From contig NC_081391.1 in the NCBI RefSeq assembly GCF_030684315.1, positions 13,245,342 to 13,309,341 on the forward strand: a stretch of 64,000 bases of DNA. Reading direction: 5' to 3'. Under the pieces are notes generated by a model. That model was not told the DNA's origin, did no database searches, and saw nothing but the letters and a program-made list of their open reading frames with translations. The translations under genes were made by a program, and so were the position numbers. Positions 51,632-61,380 of this stretch are shown here, piece after piece. The stretch comes from Stegostoma tigrinum. Taxonomy: Eukaryota. The first letter of the stretch is position 1; each line of letters begins with the position of its first letter.

Positions 51632-53291
51632 TGTGGCCTGGAGTACGGTCTGAATGCATTCCCTACTTCACCCTGGGCAATCTGTCTCCTTCCAGGGAGA
51701 AGGGGCTTGGAGCAAACCATGTAATGGCTGTACCAGCTGAATGGGAATGAATGAAATGTATTGATGTTGCTTATTGTCCATCATTGAGACCCTTGATATT
51801 AAAGAGCTTTTGAGAGCTTCAAGCCTGTAATTTTGGCAAATGAAATTATTAATTTGACAAAATATTTCCCTGGTCTTCCCTCCAGCACCACCCCAGCATC
51901 AGTCTCGGAATTCCCGTGGAACTTCCTCTAAGTTAGGAACCCAAGTTATTCCTCCACCCAGAACTTGAGGTTGGGGCCTGTGGGGTATAAAATCAGTTTG
52001 TACTATTATCTCACACCCAGGTATGATGAATACAGGTGCAGTTAAAATTTTCATTGCTCTCAAAAGAGAAAACACCCTTGCTTGGCTGAAAGAAAGACTT
52101 GACACCCACTTTCACTGAAACAGGGCTGTTGGATGCTTTATGTTCATGTCTAGTTTGCTTAGCAATAGCTTCCCTGTCAATCTCCACCAACCGAGACTTA
52201 TTGCTAAAATCCACACAAATCACAAGTTGATGCCAACGTAAATTCTGTGCGAGCTGGCTCAGCTTGCCTCAAAACGAGCTTAAGGGAAGAGATCCAGCAG
52301 CGTCCCCCCTCTAGCCTTGTGGAGGAACCAGCAATGCTGGGAGCAATAATATTAAACGTAGCAACTGGGATCTGACTCACCTGGTCTATTCTATTCAAAT
52401 CAATGTTATTACTTTTTCCTGACAGTGCATCCTAGATTCACTGAGACCCAGTTGAGGTTCAAGCCAAGACCAGCCCTGTGGCCTCCTGACCCCCACCACC
52501 AACTGCCTGCCTCAGGACAGCCATCAGCAGTTGCTCACAATGACCAGTTCATTTGTTCCTTCGCCTGAGGAACGTGCGCTGCTCTCCCAGGCGATATGGA
52601 TTCAATACCCATTGTAGCTCGACAAGAAAGCTCACACTGGGGGAACCATTTCCCAGGAGTAATCCAAAGCTGTCCTAATGTGGCTTTGCTCCATTTACTT
52701 CCTTGCTCTCTGCCAAGTCTTGGTCAAAAACCCCACCACGCCTAGTAATAAACTTTAGGCCTGCCAGCCAAGAGATGGGAATATTCAGCACAAGTCTGCT
52801 TGAAAAAATTCACCTGAACTGGATGCGCTTAATGGCACCGACAGCAGGATAACAGTGACCTGGGAATGACACAGCAACGCTCCTGGTTAAATGCTGCCAT
52901 TTGATTGGCTCTTGCTGCTGAAGCCTGCTTTGAGCGCACTCAGCTGCTCCCTTGGTCCCTCTGAGCTTCCCCCACGGGGAGGGTTACTCCTGATGCAGGT
53001 TGATTTCACCCGATCACATTGAAGGAGCAGTGTGACTCAGGGAGGAGACCTGCAGATGCTGACCTTCCTGAATGGCTGCTTCCTTTATCTTTCGAGGTGT
53101 CAGAGATCGTGGTTTAGGGAGGGGGCTGTCAGAGACATCCTGGGGAATGTTTCAGGGAGTTTTGTAGCGAGTGCACACTGCAGCCTTCACTGAGGGTGTG
53201 GGTCTTTAAGGCACAGAATGTATTTGTTCCACCACGTAGAGTTTTATTTTAAACCATCTTGAGTCTTGGGTGTAGAATCCCTGCAGTGCGG

Positions 53292-53374
53292 GAAGAGGTT
53301 GTTCAGCCCATTTAGTCTGCACTGATCCTCTGAAGAGGTTGTTCAGCCCATTTAGTCTGCACTGATCCTCTGAA
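53292..53374 (+). repeat. Perfect 40-bp tandem duplication
   Basis: gaagaggttgttcagcccatttagtctgcactgatcctct x2. Confidence 0.9.
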
Positions 53375-54361
53375 CAGCATCTTGTTCAGACACACACTGC
53401 CTTCTTACGCCATCTTTCCCACGGCCAGTCCAAAATAAACTGCATGTCTTTGGACTGTGGGAGGAGGCCCACACGGGCACGGGGAGGATGTGCAGCCTCC
53501 ACACGTGACTGGAATTGACCCCAGGTCCCTGGCACTATGAGGCAGTAATGCTGACCATTAAAATACCCTGCCATCCAAAAGTTACAAAAAACAGGAACAC
53601 TCTGTTGCATAGAATTAGAGTGAATGACTCATTTCTTACGGAAACAGACCCTTCGGTCCTACCGGTCCATGCTGACGAGGTTTCCCAACCTGACATAGTC
53701 CCACTTGCCTGCCTTTGGCCCATATCCTTCTAAACCATGCCTTTCCATGTAAATCTCCAAATGTCACTTAAAATGTTGTAATTCTAACTACTTCCACCAC
53801 TGTCTCTGACAGCTCGTTCTAAACATACACACCACCTTCTGTATGAAAATGTTGCCCCTCATGTCCCCATCAAATCTTACCCCTCTCCCCTCAAACCGAT
53901 GCTCTCTAATTTTGGACCCCCCCCCGACCCTATCACAGCATGCTTTTTATATACAGTCAATCTGGAGTGTGCCAATGGCAAGGCTACATTTAGTGCTCAG
54001 CAACTGTTACACTTCAGGAGGTGGTGATGAGCTGCTTATTACAGTCCACCTGGTGTAGGAGAGACCGGAATGATGCTGCTGCTGTTGCTGAGGAGGGGCT
54101 TCTGGGATCTCCACTCACAAACACTGATATTATTCCAAGTGAGGATGGTGACGGATTTACTTGGAGCTGCATCAGTGTCACTGGGGCGGCATTGAGCTGG
54201 AAAATTGCAAACTACTCCAGCATTATTCCCAACTTCAGTCTTATCGATGGTGGACAGACTCTGGAAAGTCTGAAGTAGAGTTATTCACAACAGAATTCCC
54301 AGACTCTGACTTGGTCTCAAAGCCATGAGCACATGAATTAGGACTGACCTCTGCCCATGGT

Positions 54362-55800
54362 TTCTTAGAAAATAGAACCTAGAACAGTGCAGCACAGTTC
54401 AGGCCCTTCAGCCCACGATGTTGTTTCGAACTTTTATCCTAAACCCAAGGCCTATCTCACCTCCACTACCTTATACTTATCATCCATATGTTTATCTAAT
54501 AGCCGCTTAATTGCCCCTAACGAGGCCGACTCCACGACACTCTCTGGCAATGCATTCCACGCCCCAGCCACTCTCTGAGTAAAGAATCTACCTCTGACAT
54601 CCACCCTATATCTACCTCCACTCACTTCAAAACTATGCCCCCTCATAATAGCTAACTCCATCCTAGGAAAAAGTCCCTGGCTGTCTAATCTGCCTATACT
54701 TATGATCATTTTGTACACCTCTATCAAGTCACCTCTCATCCTTTGTTCTGGAGAGAAAAGCCCTCGTTCTCTCAACCTTTCCTCCTAAGACCTTCCCTCC
54801 ATTCCAAGCAACATTCTGGTAAATCTCCTCTGCACCTTTTCTAACACTTCCACATCTTTCCTGGAATGAGGTGACCAGAACTGGACACAATACTCCAGAT
54901 GTGGCCGAACCAGGCTTTTGTATAGCTGGAGCATAACTTCACAGCTCTTGAAATCAATCCCTCTATGAATGAAAGCTAACACACCACATGCCTTCTTAAC
55001 AACTCTATCCACCTGACTGGCAGCTTTCAGGGAACTGTGGACATGAACCCCGAGATCCATCTGCTCCTCCACACTGCCAAGAATCTTTCCGTTAACCCTG
55101 TGTTCTGCTTTCAAATTTGTCCTTCCAAAATGAATCACTTCACGCTTTTCAGGGTTAAACTCCGTCTGCCACTTCTCAGCCCCACTCAGTACCCTATCAA
55201 TGTCCTTTTGTAACCTAGAACAGCACTCCACACTATCCACAAGTCAAATCACCTTCGTATCTTCCAAAAACTTACTAATCCGCCATTCCACTCCTGCATC
55301 CAAATCATTTACCAATATCATAAATAAAAGAGGACCCCGAACAGACCCTTGAGGTACACCACTCGTAACTGAGCGCCATGTTGAATATTTTCAGTCAACT
55401 GTCACCCATGTCTTCTATGGGTCAGCCAATTCTGAATCCAATCTGCCACGTTTCCCCTGTCGCATGCCTCCTGACTTTCTGCCCGAGCCTGCCATGGGGA
55501 ACCTTATCAAACGCCTTACTTCAATCCATGTATCCCACATTCACTGATCTACCTTCATCCACACGTTTGGTCATCCCTTCAAAGAATTCAATCAGATTTG
55601 TGAGGCATGATGTACGCCTCACAAATCCGCACTGGCCATCACAAATCATACTGTGCCTGTGCAAGTGATAATTAATTCTGTTTCTTAGAGCCCTTCCCAT
55701 TAATTTGCCCACCACTGGCATAAGACTAGCTGGCCTGTAATTTCCAGGGTTACCCCATTCCCTTTTTTGAACACATGAATAATATTCACATTTGTCATTC
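54362..55800 (-). mobile_element. 5'-truncated CR1 LINE, upstream of copy H
   Basis: Minus ORFs give GNPGNYRPASL, SCLTNLIEFFE, LVRPHLEYCVQFWSP and FFTQRVAGAWNALPE. The 3' tail is at ~54362-54385. Confidence 0.93.
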
Positions 55801-56555
55801 AAAGCTAAAAGATAGCACTAGACTGCATCCTGCTTTTTGAAGCAGATATTGAGTGAAAGTAACTTGCTTCCACCAATCTGTACATCAGTGCTGTGATCAT
55901 ACTCGAACGTTCATTGGGGATCCTCAATTCCCAAAGCCTCACAGGCCACCAGTCCATGGGAGGCTGCTCCATTCAATGCAGTTGCTGAGCCATACATTCT
56001 ACAGAATGTAATGTAAACAGGACCAGCAACTCTCCACTTGGAAACATGCTGGAGTTAAGCTCTCGATCTACTTCAAACAATTTAAAAGCAAACTTTGCGA
56101 AAGAAAGTTTGCATGTGCTATACATTTCCAGCAGCAATGTAGACAGGGAGGTGTGAGGTTTACTATGCAGGAGAGGCACTCAGCACATTTAGCACCTTGC
56201 TTTTCAAACTGCACTTTATGAACCCAACATCAAGGAGATCACAGCAGATTCAGAATGGACCCACAAAGGAATGAGCTTCCTGTATGAGGTAACCCAAAAG
56301 CACATTGTTTCTGTCGCTGCACAGCAATAAGAAAATGTTTACTGTTAACAAAATCTGGCCATTTTTCAATGGGCTCCAACGCTGTTATTCAACAAGTACA
56401 AAGACTAATCCCTCAGAGTAACAAACTCACAGAATTCTGCCAATCTGTGATGAGTGTGTCTTAAGATATAATCTCAGATACAATCGTGAACTTTTAGAGT
56501 ATATTTTATTGTCATTTTCACAGAGAAATATTTCCAGAATTTGCACTTGTGCAGG

Positions 56556-56744
56556 AGGTCAAAGGTCATTCAGCAATTCCGTCATCGACCAGTTGTCAAT
56601 TCTGATCGGTTTCTGGATCCAATTCCCATCCTGCACTGATTGGACGTGGCAGCTGATCAATTGATGAATGAGAGTGATCGGCCATCACTGATGATGTCAT
56701 TTCCTGCTCAAGAAAACGAGGGGGCTGCTGCTCGAGTATAAAAA
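56556..56744 (+). promoter_or_regulatory. Core promoter of ferritin copy H
   Basis: Perfect DR1 56556-56568, ATTGG, TGATGTCA, TATAAAAA 56737-56744. Confidence 0.65.
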
Positions 56745-56818
56745 ATGTCCCAAGAGTGTGATGTATGTGGTGTAGTTGATCATCTTTCCAAGTTTGTTCT
56801 TTGATTGTAGAGGAAAAG

Positions 56819-57500
56819 NNNNNNNNNNNNNNNNNNNNNNNNNNNNNNNNNNNNNNNNNNNNNNNNNNNNNNNNNNNNNNNNNNNNNNNNNNNNNNNNNN
56901 NNNNNNNNNNNNNNNNNNNNNNNNNNNNNNNNNNNNNNNNNNNNNNNNNNNNNNNNNNNNNNNNNNNNNNNNNNNNNNNNNNNNNNNNNNNNNNNNNNNN
57001 NNNNNNNNNNNNNNNNNNNNNNNNNNNNNNNNNNNNNNNNNNNNNNNNNNNNNNNNNNNNNNNNNNNNNNNNNNNNNNNNNNNNNNNNNNNNNNNNNNCC
57101 CACCCCCCCCACCCCACCCCCCCCCCACCACCCCCCCCCCACCCCCCCCCCACCCCACCACCCCCCCCACCCCACCACCCCCCCCACCCCACCACCCCCC
57201 CCACCCCCACCCCCCCCACCNNNNNNNNNNNNNNNNNNNNNNNNNNNNNNNNNNNNNNNNNNNNNNNNNNNNNNNNNNNNNNNNNNNNNNNNNNNNNNNN
57301 NNNNNNNNNNNNNNNNNNNNNNNNNNNNNNNNNNNNNNNNNNNNNNNNNNNNNNNNNNNNNNNNNNNNNNNNNNNNNNNNNNNNNNNNNNNNNNNNNNNN
57401 NNNNNNNNNNCCCACCACCCCCCCCACCCCACCACCCCCACCCCACCACCCCCCCCCCACCCCACCCCACCCCACCCCCCACCCCACCCCCCACCCCACA
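56819..57500. other. Assembly gap with low-complexity C/A filler
   Basis: N runs at 56819-57098 and 57221-57410, with C/A-only sequence between and after them. Confidence 0.95.
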
Positions 57501-58805
57501 CACAAACTGGCCTCCCAGATCAGTCAGAACTATCACCAGGATTGTGAAGCTGCTGTCAACAAGCAGATTAATGTGGAGCTCACTGCCTCCTATCTCTATC
57601 AGTCTTTGGTGAGTGCTGTCTTGATGGAGTTGAAATTAAATCTATTCTGCAAATATGAGCTGATCCTCTTGTTTCTAATTAACTTCATAGTCTTGTAGAT
57701 TTGAGGTGTTCAAGTTCTTAGCTTAAAAATCATTTTGGGATAAATGTGATGCCCTTTGGTAACAATGGATTTTGATATTGATGTAGAATAACTAATTCAC
57801 CAGCTGGGATTGAGTGATAGATGGAGGGCAAATTGTTCTGTCAATTATTTTACAATTTACTGCCAGGCCTTTGCCTGGTGGTAACTGTCTATTTTCTCCC
57901 CAGAATTGACCAACCTTTACTAAAAATAGATGTAATGGTTTTGGGAGTTGTAGGCACCCCTTGGCTAGTCATCCTGAAACATTTTAATATACCTTGATCA
58001 CACTTTATTTGTCCTCTGATCCTAAATAAACATCATGCCAGTTTCCATTCTGTGATGGAGAATGATGGTGGTGACTGGCTTCTGAGCGTATTCACTTGTA
58101 ATTTGCATTGAGGAGGCCTCAGATGTGGACTAGTTGGCTTTCTGCCTTCTCCATTCACGAATGGACTGTTAGTGGTCAGGAAGTCACTTGTTGTCCATTC
58201 CTCCAACAGATCAATGCTCTCCTGTGAGTGCATGCACAGGGTGCCTGGAATAACCTGAGGTTTTTATTTCAATAAATATGAAGAAATGGGAAATGGCCCC
58301 TTTCTCCACGTAGTACTGTGCCCATGCCCTTCCAAAATGGAAGGATGTAATGGTTTGGAAATGTTGAAGCAGATTTTGAAGGCTGCTGGGTACCTAGTAG
58401 GTAGTGGACACCAGGAGTGCATTCACTCACTCCCTTCAATGAGGTGGGCTGCTCTATCCTGCACAGTGTCTACTTTGTGCATGTTGCAGCTCCACTTCTT
58501 GGGACAAGGGGACAATATTTATCCCTTGTGGGGCTTATCACTGAGAAGCCATCTCTTCCCACTCTTTCAGGATGAAATCCCTGTACCCTTCCCTTTAGCA
58601 GGTGGGAACAGCTATCACCAATAAGCCTTTTGGGTCTTAACTGTCAGTGGTGTCCCTCATCAATTGGGCAGCATGTGCCCAAACAACCCACTATCCTCCA
58701 TCTGTAAGATGCAGCTACCCAAGTTAAGCCAGAGAAATTTACACAACTGTTTTTTGACAAAAGAAGCTTCTTAGCCTGATCAGTAGGAACTAGATAACCT
58801 GCTTT

Positions 58806-60375
58806 AACAAGGTGTCAAGCTGGATGAACACAGCAGGCCAAGCAGCATCAGGGAAGCTGATGTTTTGGGCCTGGACCCTTCAGAAATGGGGAGGGGAATG
58901 GGTCCCTGACATAGGAAGGGGTGGGGAGGTGGATGGATGAGGGATAAAGAAACAGATGGTGAGGAGACAGAGGTCTGAGGTGAGGATAGGGCCAAAAAGG
59001 CCAAATGAGTTGGGTAGGCTTGTCCAGGGAGGTGGGGATGGGTTTTGAGGTAGGGGTGGTGTGGGGAAGTAGGTGGGAGGAAGGATGGACAAGCTAGGGA
59101 GGTGGGGACCAGCTGGGCTGTGATTGGGGGCAGGGAGATCTTTCAGCTTAAGTCCTCACTGATACCATTGGGCTGCAGGGTTCCCAAGCAGAATACAAGG
59201 TGCTGTTCCTGCAACCTTTGGGTGGCATTGGAGGCCCAGAATGGACATCAACTGTCCCCTCCTGCTCCTCTGAAGGGGAAGTAGTTTGTGACTGGGAGGT
59301 GCAGCTGCCAGTCATGAGCCAAGCATGGGTGCTCCACAAAGTGGAGTCAAGCCTCTGCTCGGCTTTCCTGATGTAGAGAAGGCCACATTAGGAACAGTGG
59401 ATACAGTATACATCACTGCAGATGTGTAGGTGAACATCTGCTTGATGTGGAAGGTCTTGGGCCCTGGGATGGGGGGGGAGGTGTAGCACTATCTGTGTGG
59501 CAGTTAAAGCCCTGGCTGGAGGGGCTAGTGGAATGGACAAGGAATCAGTGGTCTCTCCAGAAGGCAGCTAAGGTTGGGGAGGTAAAAAATGTCTTGGCCA
59601 GATCGCAGATGGTCGAAGTGCCAGAGGATGATGCATTGGATCCAGGCATTGAGGCGGTACTGAAGGATGAGAGGATTCTGTTTTGGTTGTGTGCGGGATA
59701 AGTTGCAAGACACTGTTGTGTTTTTCTTCAACTGAAGGTAAGTTACACTTCATTGGAAAATGAGGACATCTGGGATGCCCAGGAGTAGAATGCCTCCCCT
59801 CAGGGCTGGAGGTGAAGGAATTGGATTAGGAGATGGCACTTTCCTTCCACAGGAAGGTGGGTGAGGTGTATTCTAGGTAGCTGTAGGAGTCAGTAGGTTA
59901 GAAATATATCCAAGGATATATCGAAGATTGATAGATCAACTTAAGGTTGAGGTAGAAGGTTCTAATGAATTAGAGGAACTGTTCAAGCTCTTTGTGGGAT
60001 GTAATAGAGGAAGATGTGGAGTTTATGGCCCATCTCGCTGTAGAAGGATTGTTCCACATATCCTACCAAGAAGCAGGCACAGCTTGTACCTATGGCCACC
60101 CCCTTCCTCTGTAGGAGTTGGGAGGAATTGAAGGAGAAGTTGGGGGTGAGGATGAGTTTGCTAGGTGGACAAGGTTGTTGGTGAACAGGGACCAGTCAGG
60201 CCTGCAGGACGAGAGAAGCAGAGGGAATTAGGCCATCTCCATGGGGAATGGATGAGGTTGGAGGCTGTGGGTGGGAGGTAACCTCCAGTGAGGTTGTGGA
60301 TGGACTAGGAGATGGTTTGGTGGTCAGCGGTGGAGTCATGATCAAGGTGGGTAGGTGGTAGGAGGCATCGGCTGC
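58806..60375 (-). mobile_element. Penelope-like retroelement (RT + GIY-YIG), degenerate, in intron 1 of copy H
   Basis: The minus strand of 60061-60156 reads LILTPNFSFNSSQLLQRKGVAIGTSCACFLVG (PLE RT motif, cf. GVAMG). About 59350-59410 reads VYCIHCS*CGLLYIRKAEQRL (GIY-YIG with CxxC insert). A PLE-type terminal sequence lies at 58806-58886. Confidence 0.8.
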
Positions 60376-60948
60376 TCTTCCACACAACTACATGTGGCAC
60401 TCCAACTCCTGGCATTTCCTTTAAACCCTGTTCAGTCACGAACTTCATCCAATTCTGATGGTGCTTAGAGTGGATATGTTCTTCTCTCTACAGACAAGAA
60501 CAGGCCTGGTCAATTCACAGGTTTTTGTAAAGGAATTTTAAAAAATAGGGTATTTGCCTGGTTACCAGGAGGAGGCGAGGGTTGTTTTTGATGATTCTTG
60601 AACTGGAGCCACTGGCTAACTGGACAATGGTTCTCCTCCAACTTGATGTATCTAATATTTATTGACTTCTCAATTTGAAGGTGAAACCAGTCATGTCTGG
60701 CACCAATTGTATGATGTTTAATGGATGTAACTTGTTTTCTCCCAGGTGTCGTACTTTGACCAGGATGATGTTGCTCTCCCCCATGTCTCCCGGTTCTTCA
60801 AAGATCAGTCCCAGGTGAAGCAGGAACGTGCAGAGAAGCTGCTGAAATTCCAGAATCAGCGTGGAGGCCAAGTCTTCCTCCAGGATGTGAAGTTTGGAGT
60901 TCGGTTTTTGGGGTGGGGGGAGTTGGGTGGTAGAGTGGCTGCTCCTCA

Positions 60949-61267
60949 GGGATGGCACAGTGACTCAGTGTTTACCATGCCTGCCTCAGTGCCAGGGATC
61001 CAAGTTGGTTCTTGGTTCTAGGCTCCAGTGAATGAGTGATGTTTACTTGCTCTTGCCATGTCCACATTGGCTTCACAGTTCAATGATGTGTGTGTTAGAA
61101 GGATTGCCATTTAAAATGCAGGGTGACAAGAATAAGGTGGGATTCTTCACGGAGAAGGGCCTTGTCGCAACAAACGTAGTGGCTGTACCTGCTGATCGGG
61201 GATGAATGAAATGATGCAGTGACCTTGGTTATTGTCACCATGAGTCAAATAGCCTGTTCCCATGCTG
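60949..61267 (+). mobile_element. tRNA-derived SINE (HE1-like) in intron 2 of copy H
   Basis: Head gggatggcacagtgactcagtgtttaccatgcctgcctcagtgccagggatcc. Confidence 0.65.
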
Positions 61268-61380
61268 CAGAGATTGTGAAGCTTACCTGTCCTCTCTCCA
61301 TCCGCAGAAGCCAGAGAGGGATGAGTGGGGTAACAGCCTGCAGGCAATGCAGGTTGCCCTGGATTTGGAGAAGAATGTGA

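Noticed and set aside
53292-53374. Direct repeats (40 bp here; 24 bp at 21468) as a CRISPR-like array
   Set aside because: The copies are adjacent with no spacers and only two units, in a eukaryotic context.
56596-57612. Long poly-Gly/poly-Pro ORFs
   Set aside because: They are translations of N runs and low-complexity gap filler.
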